Both the position numbers and the translations under genes were made by a program. The notes under the pieces were generated by a model. That model made no database searches and was not told the origin of the DNA. It saw nothing but the letters and a program-made list of their open reading frames with translations. Of a DNA stretch of 20,000 nt, positions 10,651 to 20,000 are shown piece by piece. The stretch lies in the NCBI GenBank assembly GCA_022813965.1, contig JALDZS010000128.1:53111-73110 (forward strand). Reading direction: 5' to 3'. This DNA is from Toensbergia leucococca (lineage: Eukaryota). Within the stretch, counting starts at the first letter, position 1. The number at the start of each line of letters is the position of its first letter.

Positions 10651-12777
10651 ATGTCTACTAATACGTACAGCAGTAGGACTTATCGCCCTTATAAAAAGAT
10701 GCGCAAAGGGACCCACAGCTGCCTGGAGTGCAGACGACGCAGAGCTCGCTGTACTATCGAAGCCGGTGCTCAGGCTTGTAACCTATGCACATCTCGATCG
10801 ATCAAATGCCTTCCGCAGTCTTATACCGATTCCCCCGATCCTACCCACAACTTTACAAGCAAAACTGAAGGGGGCAAAGATATCCTGAGATCAAACGCCA
10901 AATCGTCCTCATCTGCAATTCGAGCCAATGACATGGTGGCAGAAGCTCTGAGGAACCTTCAAGTCGAATTGCTTCCCTCCATGGTTGTTGTCTGCGACAT
11001 CCCGACAGGTGACTCTGTCGCGGCCTTCTCAGCCATACCCGGAGTAATTGATGCATCCCCACTTGAAGCTGCCGAAACGCAACCGACTCAAACATTGCTT
11101 GAGGTTGCCTTGCTTAGTATTGGTGGATCTGAGAGTATCCATCAGGATTCGTCCATGATGAATGACCGAGACCACCGACCACTACTTGACAAGAACCTTC
11201 GACTTCTTCAATTTTTAAAACCACTGATCCCAAATGCACAAGACCTAGCACTCATACTAGAGCACAGTGAAGACTGCTGGAGGGTCTGGTCGAGCACATT
11301 CCCAGATATCTTGGGAGGAAGAATGGGCCGCCCTGAGCAGACCGAGGTCATTGGCTTTCTACAGCACGTATACCAGACTCTGGCATCGAACAATATTTTA
11401 GAGATTACCAAGATTCTGATTTGCCTTGCTCTTTCAATCCAGGAACTCCCTCCGGATTTTGACGCCTCTCAAATGAATCTGCCAGCTCCGCAAGAAATTC
11501 TTCAAACCTATTACATAACATCTGCCGAGACTTTTCTTGCTCCAGACGAAGGTATTGCATGTACACCTGATGGGCTGGAGTGTATGATGGTGCAGACAAG
11601 ATTTTATGTTAATTTGGGCAAGCCGCGAAAAGCTTGGACAATTTTCCGACGAGCTATAACATTTGCCCAGCTTCTAGGAATACATCGCCCTTTCAACTCT
11701 TTGCATTCATCTTCGGGCAAAAAAAACCATCTTTGGCCACAGATTTTGCAAGGGGAACGAATGTTGTCTTTAATTCTGAGACTGCCGTCCAATACCTCCA
11801 TATTAGACCTTGAGGTTCAGGGTCTAGAACATGTCGAAGTTCCAGGGACGGAAGGGTACCTGCTGTTGAAGAAACTGTTTGTCATCGCAGGACGTATCAT
11901 TAATCGAGATCAAAATCAAAAAGATGCTGATGTCGGCCCTACTCTAGAAATAGATCGAGAATTAGAAGAATACGCAGATATGCTGCCATCGAAATGGTGG
12001 AAAGCCTGGCCCGACCCGCAAATGCCTCTTGACCATCTGCACGACATGTTCATGGCCAAATTCTGGTATCATAACATCCGCAGACTGCTGCACCTTCCTT
12101 TCATGCTACAATCACTTTCGGCCTCTGGGTACGAATATAGTAGGATTGCTACACTGAATTCATCAAGGACAATGATCAGATGTTTTCGTACTTTACGGAA
12201 CTCGCAAAGACCTGTTCTTATCGTGTGTAACATGGTGGACTATCAGGCCTTTACTGCTGCTATGACACTTGCTATCAATCTCTTTCAACATACAGAGCAA
12301 CCGCGTCATGATTTGGAAGATCAAGAAAGAGATTGGGAGATTATCCATGAGTTCCAGCAAGATCTTCAGAAGATTTCCAAGGAAAGACCATGCAGCGTGG
12401 CTTCACAGGCTTCGAAACTCCTAGAGAATATTTATGAAGCACGCCAGGGGCGTTCCGACCGAAGTAATGACACATATGAGGTCGTAATTCCTTACTTCGG
12501 AAAGGTCCGAGTCGGACCGTCTCAAGGGATTAGTCCACGATCAAGTATAACACCAACAAGGCATCCTGAAAGCCACAGAAAGACCCAGCTTAGCACAGCA
12601 GATTATCCAAGTGGATTGGAGGAAGCCAATCTTTCTTTTGATGTCTTCCCACAATTAATGCTGGGGGATCCTATATCATGGCCGGACTGGGGCTTGGAAT
12701 TCACGTCCGACGTTAACTTTGACCTACGTGATGATTGGCGGCGCTTCTCACGTGATAACAATGAAAGCGCTGAATAG
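10651..12777 (+). CDS. Zn(II)2Cys6 fungal transcription factor, 708 aa, intronless
   Basis: N-terminal MRKGTHSCLECRRRRARCTIEAGAQACNLCTSRSIKC fits C-x2-C-x6-C-x8-C-x2-C-x6-C. A fungal-TF middle homology-like region follows (NLGKPRKAWTIFRRAITFAQLLGIH; RMLSLILRLP; LLHLPFML). Confidence 0.95.
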   Translation: MSTNTYSSRTYRPYKKMRKGTHSCLECRRRRARCTIEAGAQACNLCTSRSIKCLPQSYTDSPDPTHNFTSKTEGGKDILRSNAKSSSSAIRANDMVAEALRNLQVELLPSMVVVCDIPTGDSVAAFSAIPGVIDASPLEAAETQPTQTLLEVALLSIGGSESIHQDSSMMNDRDHRPLLDKNLRLLQFLKPLIPNAQDLALILEHSEDCWRVWSSTFPDILGGRMGRPEQTEVIGFLQHVYQTLASNNILEITKILICLALSIQELPPDFDASQMNLPAPQEILQTYYITSAETFLAPDEGIACTPDGLECMMVQTRFYVNLGKPRKAWTIFRRAITFAQLLGIHRPFNSLHSSSGKKNHLWPQILQGERMLSLILRLPSNTSILDLEVQGLEHVEVPGTEGYLLLKKLFVIAGRIINRDQNQKDADVGPTLEIDRELEEYADMLPSKWWKAWPDPQMPLDHLHDMFMAKFWYHNIRRLLHLPFMLQSLSASGYEYSRIATLNSSRTMIRCFRTLRNSQRPVLIVCNMVDYQAFTAAMTLAINLFQHTEQPRHDLEDQERDWEIIHEFQQDLQKISKERPCSVASQASKLLENIYEARQGRSDRSNDTYEVVIPYFGKVRVGPSQGISPRSSITPTRHPESHRKTQLSTADYPSGLEEANLSFDVFPQLMLGDPISWPDWGLEFTSDVNFDLRDDWRRFSRDNNESAE

Positions 12778-14420
12778 TACCTTTTTCAATGAGATCTGCC
12801 ACCGTGTGTTTGGAGCAGATAGCAAGGCTATTTCCCTAATTATAGCCATGTGACGAGAGTCGAGAGACCAAAAATGCTCCTCAATGATCTCTGCCTAAGG
12901 TAATCTTGTGCGTACAATCTAGAGCTTTTGGCTTCACGATTCAGAGAAGAATAACAAACACTATCGGCCTCTCTTATTCAAATTTAGACATACAATTTGA
13001 TGAAAGACAACACAACAAACTATACTTGCAAGTCTACGCAGCTTCTAGTCTGCAACAACGTGTACGTTAACTTCCCCCGGAACGAAGGAACTCATATTAC
13101 TCCGTGTATGGCATCTTTGTAAGTGAACATCTAAGAATATAGAAGAAGAGACGAAGGACGACGGGTGATGAAAAAGGATTACTAAAATACTGTCAGCTGA
13201 CGACTAATCGAAGCACAGAGCGTGGAGAAAGTCCGGTATGGCTAGCAAACATAGTATACACGCTTGCAATTTAATCCAGCATTTTGCTGAATGATGAGCT
13301 AGGGCCCGTCTCCGGCGATGACGAGGAGCAGGAGCATCTGCCTCAGTTGGAGGACATGCAGCCTCACAATGATGAGCTGATGCGTTGCCCCCAATCGAAG
13401 TACGAAGCCTACAAATCTAGAGATAAAATTTTCAGATTAGCCTGACTGCATCTCACATCCTCGCCGCCAACCCTCGATTCGATAGGTGAGGTAAGGATTT
13501 GTAGAATGAGCGAGCGGTGGAGCAGAGGAAGTTAGGAGGGCTCTCTGTGTTTGGAGAAAGACTGTCGATGTCAAAGGAACTTTGTATTCCACTTCTTCGG
13601 CCCCTACTACTCTCACCTCCAAGCTCTCACTCCTTCTCCACTCAACCCGGAAACCCCAAGCTAGCAGTCACACTTAAAGCAAAACCAAAATGTCTCTAGT
13701 CTGAAGCATGCATGCAGCTCAAAGATCGCTAGAACCTCAAGGTCCGTCTTCTTCCATTGCCGTGGCTGGTCAAGATTGTCGGGAAGATGAAACTTGCAGC
13801 TCTCACTCCTTTCAACCTGCGGCTGATCTTTCCCACGGGGTCCAAAAACCCACCTTTCTTAGCCTGGACAGATCCAACTAGCGCCGCCATACCCACCCGT
13901 TAAAAGAGACCATAGAGGTGATTGAAGTGAAGTCAAGATGGGGGGCGATGCGGGTATCTAGCCCACACGCAAGCAAGATAATCATCGAGTTTCAAAGAGC
14001 TCGCTGTGCTGCGAGAAAGTGTATGTTCACGCTAAAGTAAACCCCAGTGATTGATTCGGCTCTGCAGTCTGCACTCCTCATATCTCTTACTCGAAAAAAA
14101 CATAAGCATCATCGAAAAGTCGAACTCATCATCATTGTGTGATAATTGTTAGGCGGGTATTACGACTCGCAGGAGTGAAACATGCCCGTTTCGCGCATAA
14201 GAGGAGGGGCATTTTCCGCGAAAAGCAAAATTACCAAGAAAGTGGAGAGGCTGATAAGAGTAGTGGGATGATTGATAAGAATGGCCGCATTTCTGATTGT
14301 TGAACAGCTTTTGCGGGAACGCTTTACCATGTGTGGTTGCTGTTGAGCGTCTGCTGGAAGTGCTGCCACGCTTGCATCGAAAGCGGGGCGACAAGACGTG
14401 CAAAGGAGCAAAGGAGGGAA

Positions 14421-15230
14421 ATGATGCTTTCTCACGTCTTCGTCACCCTGTTTCTCTCTCTTCATCTCCTCCATTTCATCATGGCGTCACCTCTCAACAC
14501 CCCGAACAGTCTCTCTTCCATCTCGCCCCCCTCGCTGTCATCCCTTCAAAAGCGCACCCCAAGCATCATGTTAAACGCCTGCCTCCCCGGAACACCTCCA
14601 GACCACTACTTCAACTGGTCCTACTGCGTCCGCTCTATGAATCCTCGGACCTTCCGTATTTCCTGCAGCCCGTACCGACGCACCAACTTCGGCCTGGAGC
14701 AGCTCCCTAATGTCAACGTACGAGGCTCCACTGCCGAATGCCCGGAGAACTACATCTGTATGAATGGGCCGCGGACGCCACAAGGGCCGCCGTCGGATTG
14801 GTACATTGAACCTAGGCCCTACTGGACGCCGACAGCTTATTGCGTGTTCGCTGGAGATTATTTAGTCTTGTCTAAGAATGCGTTGGGGGCGACGGTACCA
14901 GGGACTGTTACGCTGGGTTTGCCTTCGGGGAATGGAGAAAGTGGGCATAATGGACATGATGGGGCTGTTGAGGCCGTGTTGACGGATATGGGGGGTCCTG
15001 GGGGAAAGTGCGTCAATGCTAGCAGTGTGGCTATGCATGCGCAGGCAAATGATTTGTTTGGGGCGGTCAGGAGTTGGAGGGATGTCCTCAATGGCGAGGA
15101 GGCGTGCGAGATGTGTGCTAGTGTGGGGTTTACGAATGTTTCGGAACAGGCGACTCGGGTTGATGTTGAGGTTAATTTGGGGGAGGGGGTGTCGAGTGCG
15201 TTGTTGTTTTTGGTCAGTGTATTTAGTTAG
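14421..15230 (+). CDS. Secreted cysteine-rich protein with pro-peptide and Kex2 site; SIX1/FOLD-effector-like, 269 aa
   Basis: The first ATG is at 14421 (the ORF track starts at an upstream GTG). Signal peptide MMLSHVFVTLFLSLHLLHFIMA-SP is followed by a Ser/Pro-rich pro-region ending LQKR and 9 Cys in the mature part. No intron is required. Confidence 0.8.
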   Translation: MMLSHVFVTLFLSLHLLHFIMASPLNTPNSLSSISPPSLSSLQKRTPSIMLNACLPGTPPDHYFNWSYCVRSMNPRTFRISCSPYRRTNFGLEQLPNVNVRGSTAECPENYICMNGPRTPQGPPSDWYIEPRPYWTPTAYCVFAGDYLVLSKNALGATVPGTVTLGLPSGNGESGHNGHDGAVEAVLTDMGGPGGKCVNASSVAMHAQANDLFGAVRSWRDVLNGEEACEMCASVGFTNVSEQATRVDVEVNLGEGVSSALLFLVSVFS

Positions 15231-15602
15231 ATGATAGATTTGGGGGGGGAGGGGCGGGGCATCGAACCATGCCTGGGGGGTTTTTTCTTTGCATAGAGAG
15301 GGGAAAACGGCTCTGTTATAGAATAGGGAATGGTTCTATAGATGAGAAGAGACTATCTCATCGATGATTTGCTTGAGGGAACTTTGTCGAACGACGAGCT
15401 TTTTGTTTTTTGGGTTTCTTTGCGAGACTTGTTTCCCTTCACACCCTTCTTTCCCCTTGTTCAGAAAAACCGGCATTCAATTCCTCCCTCTCGTTTTTCT
15501 CTCCCCTCCCCTTCTCCTCGCTTTGTTGTCGTCCTTTTTTTTTTCGAAAGTCTCCTCTGCTCGCATCTCGGGCTTCGTTTGCATTATGAAAAGTGAAGGG
15601 AG

Positions 15603-16274
15603 CTAAGCGATGGAGAAATTGAGTCGGAGATCTTTGCGTTTTTTTTTGAGGTTGAAGAGTGTGTATTGTTTTAAGGGAGGGAAGGAGGGAGGGAGGGAGT
15701 GAAGGAGAGGCAGTCTGATGTGATCAAGTTTGTAGAGACCGAGAGAAAGAGAGAGTGTGTGTGAGGGTTTGAAGAGGATTGAAAGAATATGAGGAAAATG
15801 GAGGGGGGGGTTTGAATTTGTATTTGTATTTGTGTTTTGATTTTTGATTTTTGAGTTGATTTTGTTGAAGATGTAGATGAAGCATGTAGATATAGATTTA
15901 AGATGTGAATGAGTAGTTTTGATAAAGGTTGAGGGAAAAAAGCAGTAAGAAGAGCAAGCCGGGCTCAGAAAGCACAAGCAGATATCTGCATTGAGTTGTT
16001 TTTTTTTTTGGTAGAAGTGAAGTTCTTTGATTTTTGTTTGAGGGTTTTGTTTTATTGAGAAGGGTTTGTTTGAGGTGAGAGAGATCATAAGTTGTGAGGG
16101 TTTTCTTTGTGTTGAGAGGAGAGGGGAGGGTGAGGAGGGGAAGAGAGAAGAGAGAGGGTTGAGGAAGTTGAGGAAGTTGAGGGGAGAAAGGTTGAGGGGA
16201 GGTGAAGGGAGAGGGAGAGGGAGAGAGAGAGATAGAGTTAAAATGAGAAGAAAAAAAAGAAGAAAATGACGCAT
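15603..16274 (-). other. Possible secreted-protein gene or relic with extreme G depletion (223-aa open frame)
   Basis: ATG start, signal-peptide-like MRHFLLFFLLILTLSLS, and 5 Cys. Only 8 of 223 residues use GNN codons (0 V, 1 E, 1 G, 3 D, 3 A) and there is no Trp. It could be a low-complexity chance ORF. Confidence 0.35.
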
Positions 16275-16703
16275 CCCAGACCTTCATCTTCAACTTCCAT
16301 CTCAGCATCCACTTTCCATCAAAAACATCGTAACGATCCCACCAAACACCCCACCCCCCCTCAAACGCGTTCAAAAGTTTCAAAAGGTGCAGATGAAAGT
16401 GATGAACAGCTCCAAGCCACAACCCCACCAACCAACCTACAGCACCACGACACTCTCCCAACGCCGGTATCCCCCCCCAAAAAAAAGACGCACCATCTCA
16501 CTCTCCCTCCCCCCCCGGCCCTAAAAACCAAAAGGTAAAAAGACAATGATGACCAAAACCCTACCAAGAAACCCTCAAAAAAACCACCCTCCAGCACCAG
16601 CACCAGCACCACCACCTCCGCATGCCTCAAAACCTCTCACCTATCTTTGCCTCACCCATCTATTTCCTTTCCCTCAAACCCCCTCACCCAACCCGCCCAC
16701 ACC

Positions 16704-17510
16704 TCAAACCCGCCCACCACCCCCACCCACACACCGCGCAAACGACATTCGAACCCCCGTCGAAACATCTCCTCTCCCCCCCTCCGCCACCGCCACCGCC
16801 GCCGGCGCCGGCGGATCCGCCAAATACCTAGCACAATGTTCCATATGATGCCAATCCGCCGTCTCAGCATCCAATAGCAACCTCCCATGCGAAAAAGCGC
16901 GATGGAGTTTTTTCCACAGATAGAGGCAGTGGTGTTTATGATAACTCTATCCGCCCCCCAATTACTTCAGTCCTAACCCTAAAAAAAGAAAGAGTGGGAA
17001 AAGCGGGGGGACAGGGGGACATACAGTCGTGGTAAACAACGCCTCAAATTTCCCCTCCAGCACCTCCGCGTAGGGCACCACATCCTCCGCCCGTGCGTGG
17101 GGAGTGCGGTAATAGGTCCAGTTCCGGGCGCGGATTTCGGCGGCGTAGAGATCGGCGTCGAAGCAGGCGGGGGGCATCCAGGCCCAGGTCATGGGGTCAA
17201 AGGTGCAGTTTAGAGCTTTTGCTTCGGGGATGGAGGTGCCGCAGTGGTGCTGGCGTTGGGGTTGGGTGTGGGAGGTGGGGGGGAGAGGGGTGGTTGGAAG
17301 GGTGGGGGGGAGTTGGAGAGGAGTGGGGGGAAGGTGGCATTGGGATTTGGATTGGGAGTGGTGGAGGGCGGATAGAGTGGTGGTGGTTAGGAAGGTTAGG
17401 AGGGAGATTGTGAAGAGGATTTTTGAGGCGAGGCGGAGTTTTGGGGAGGGGGAGGTAGGGTTAGAGGATGGAGGGGGGGAGATTGAGGGAGGGATGGCTG
17501 GAAAGATCAT
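16704..17510 (-). CDS. Membrane-anchored double-HxxHC protein, UstYa/DUF3328-like oxidase, about 242 aa
   Basis: CCAAAA-ATG at 17510. Exon 1 (17510-17025) has an N-terminal TM helix then CGTSIPEAKALNCTFDPMTWAWMPPACFD...WTYY. Intron 17024-16947 (GTATGT...TAG). Exon 2 (16946-16704) reads SYHKHHCLYLWKKLHRAF...DWHHMEHCARYL...MSFARCV...*, giving two HxxHC motifs. Exon 2 is missing from the ORF track. Confidence 0.85.
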
Positions 17511-17670
17511 TTTTGGTGGGGAGCGGTTTGAGGGTGGAAGTTGGTAGTTGTGGCTTTGAATGGGTTCGGTGTGGGTGGTGGTGTTTGTGCGACCTGTGCT
17601 GTGGTTCAGAATATTATTTTGAGTTTGCGAGAGACGTCTTGTGAAAGGGGGATCAGATACTATACCTTAA

Positions 17671-17707
17671 TTGAATGGAGTATTGAAGATATCTTGAATG
17701 GAGTATT
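17671..17707. repeat. 14-bp direct repeat TTGAATGGAGTATT x2
   Basis: Copies at 17671-17684 and 17694-17707, about 160-200 bp upstream of the HxxHC gene. Confidence 0.75.
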
Positions 17708-17836
17708 ATGGGGAATATTCAGTAAAGTGCAACCGGTGCGGGAAAACAATGACAAATTGATAGATTCGGTCTTTTACTTGAGGGGATTGGTACTTGATAT
17801 ACATAATACATACGTACATTCAATAAACCCAAAGCC

Positions 17837-17855
17837 AAAAAAAAAAAAAAAAAAA
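17837..17855. repeat. Poly(A) tract (A19)
   Basis: Homopolymer run upstream of the minus-strand HxxHC gene. Confidence 0.85.
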
Positions 17856-20000
17856 GGAATAGTGGCTTGAAAAACACGAGAAAAGCTTGATGAGAAAGAT
17901 TTATCGAAAAGTTTGAAGATTATAAAGTAGCGCTAAACCGAAAAGAGGCCAATAACAGCCAAAGAGAAAATGTCAAAATAAGGATCATGTGATATAGCGT
18001 GTGGAAGTATATTCACAGCCTAGGTAAGAGTGGATGCAGTGGTTTTGGTATAGGTAGTAAGAAAGGTGGGCATCCAGTCACCAATCAAAATGGCAAAAGC
18101 AATGGCCCTAATTACAAATGCGCCAAGTAGAAGGGCAGGGAAGCGCGGAAAATATTGAAGATTTTTTAGTGGGAAAAGAAATATGGGGTTTTTGAACTTT
18201 GTCTTGAGCTACCGGATCTGTATAGAGTATGAGTGGAAGGTTTAAGAAGATTATATGAGTTATGCTGAAGGGATTTGATACACCCGCTGCGGTTCTCATT
18301 GAGCTTTGATCATTCTTTTCTGCATGGTTCAGTTGAGGGCTGTGAGACTGGATGGTCTAGCTGAATTGAGGGACCTTGTAGGAGTTATCCTACTTACCCT
18401 ACAACGATGTCAGCTAAGCATAACAAGGAAAGCCGCTACGTCTTCTTTCCCCGTCACTCTAAATCAGCAATTTCTCAGGCGTGCGACAGGTTGACCAAGT
18501 TAGACTTCCGATTGAATCCGCACTTTGGACTGTCTTCCAACTACAGTACCAAGATATCAGGGATTTCTTCTGAGGAGTTTAGGTAGACGGCACCTAAAGC
18601 AGCAGGATGAAATGTCCTTCACCGTGAAAGTGTTGGGGAGAGACGAAGACGGGTTTGAGGAGTCGCTCAAAGTCAACGGAAATTTATCCAATTTGAAAAA
18701 GTCGAGGAATGATGAAAGGATAGAAGTTCTACAAGCTGAGTACCTGATAGCGTATTGGGATTCTCATATACTAATAAAGGCATTGAAAATGGAGATGGAG
18801 AGGAGATTCGTGTATGAAGATGCTGACAAGAGAGGGGTTTCCAGAAAGAATACACCAAGCCAAGGCTGCCTCTAACCATGGAGAATTCAACTAACTATCA
18901 AAAAAGCTAAAAGAGAACCTTGAATAATGAATGTGCGGGTATGGGTAAATAAACACGTTACCCAGAGCGCGTACTGTAGTTGAGTCATTGCATGTATCAA
19001 GAGATGGTGCACGTCAATCAAGGGGGGCCAACTGGAAGGTGTAGCGATACTAAAGATGATTTCTCCGCCTTTCATTATAAGAATCGAGTTCAAATACGTA
19101 CAAAAATCAAGGCCCTTTCCTCTGCCTTAAGGTGCAATGGAGCTTTTGGACCCGGCATTCTTTGATATCACACCTAGTGTATAAGTTTTTGAGGGTTGAA
19201 TTCCAAATCGTATGCCACCAAAGAACACGGCCCCTTCGTCAATGGCAACTTTGTCAAAAGAAAAGGCCGCGAGGCTGTCTTGTCATGGCGATATGACATT
19301 ATAGCTTTGCTGAAATGATGAAATGTGGCATCTTCTCAACCCTTAGCAATCCATCTCCAATTCTGACATTCATTATCTTGGACCTGTCCTTGACTTCATA
19401 GAAACCTATGTCCATCTATTTCTTGCTCTCCCCTTATTGGAAAGCGGAGCACGAGAGAATGTAATGGTGTACAGTGAATTCGACTGCGGGGATTCCAAGG
19501 TGGGCAACAAAATTCATGGATACCTGAAGGTAAGGAGATATTGCGGTGATGAGATGATTTTCCGATTTGAAAAGATGACGAGCTGATAACATAGCATGGT
19601 GATGATCCTGATCCATGGAACGATGTTGTCAATGGTATGCTCTGACTAAGTGTTCCAGTGACGCCTGACCCTCATGAGAAGCCCTCGAGCCGTTTCCATC
19701 GTTGACAAAGTCCTTAAACTATCGAGGCTCTTGGTGGCGTTCGTCGGAAGGTACGTTCAGCTCTATCACCGTCGCACTCCGTCCGGTTACGCGTCCGAGG
19801 GTGGTCCGAGGGTCACCTAGGTAGCTCTTTCAAGACCAAGGAAAGTCGAACTCTCGCTTATCTCGTCTTCGGCTTCGCTTAGATGGTGGACGAGTTAGGG
19901 CTAGTACTAGTCCAGAACTGGTAATCGGCCTCCTCAGTGATCAATCTGGACTTTGCATCTCAGACAAGACACAGAGATCTTAGTGGCCATGCTAGAGAGA

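Noticed and set aside
12504..12518. Palindrome GGTCCGA-G-TCGGACC
   Set aside because: Inside the TF coding sequence and likely coincidental.
13200..13446. ATGATGA…CTGA (C/D-box snoRNA-like) and an acidic exon-like frame (LNDELGPVSGDDEEQEHL…) with intron-like signals
   Set aside because: No convincing terminal stem or recognisable rRNA guide, and I could not build an ATG-to-stop spliced model.
15258..15273. GGCAT-CGAACC-ATGCC hairpin resembling a tRNA T-arm on the minus strand
   Set aside because: No cloverleaf around it; it is a short hairpin in the 3' flank of the secreted-protein gene.
16266..16700. Possible KEP/RiPP precursor beside the HxxHC gene
   Set aside because: The ORFs are Pro/Thr low-complexity with no signal peptide and no KR-delimited repeats.
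17900..19700. Possible decayed gene or transposon (e.g. minus-strand KEDVAAFLVMLS*, faintly BTB-like; 116-aa plus-strand ORF at 18525)
   Set aside because: Frequent stops in all frames, no terminal repeats, and no transposase or RT motifs. The resemblance is too weak without a BLASTX search.

Overview
Intron-rich DNA from a filamentous ascomycete (Pezizomycotina). Six genes can be reconstructed with splice sites. (1) A DUF2235/Tle1-like alpha/beta-hydrolase (minus strand, runs off the left edge). (2) Head-to-head with it, a 13-exon fatty-acid dioxygenase-cytochrome P450 fusion (Ppo/linoleate diol synthase family, about 1070 aa, one GC-AG intron). (3) A convergent multi-pass membrane protein resembling CtvD/AurD/PaxA-type epoxide hydrolases/cyclases. 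(4) Divergent from that gene, an intronless Zn(II)2Cys6 transcription factor. (5) A secreted, Kex2-site-bearing Cys-rich protein with a SIX1/FOLD-effector-like cysteine pattern. (6) A two-exon membrane-anchored protein with two HxxHC motifs (UstYa/DUF3328-like oxidase). A G-depleted, signal-peptide-like ORF lies between 5 and 6. The most interesting reading, which is inference, is that genes 1-4 form a backbone-less oxylipin gene cluster (lipase, then DOX-CYP, then epoxide hydrolase/cyclase, plus a regulator). Family assignments come from recognised motifs only; no database search was run.
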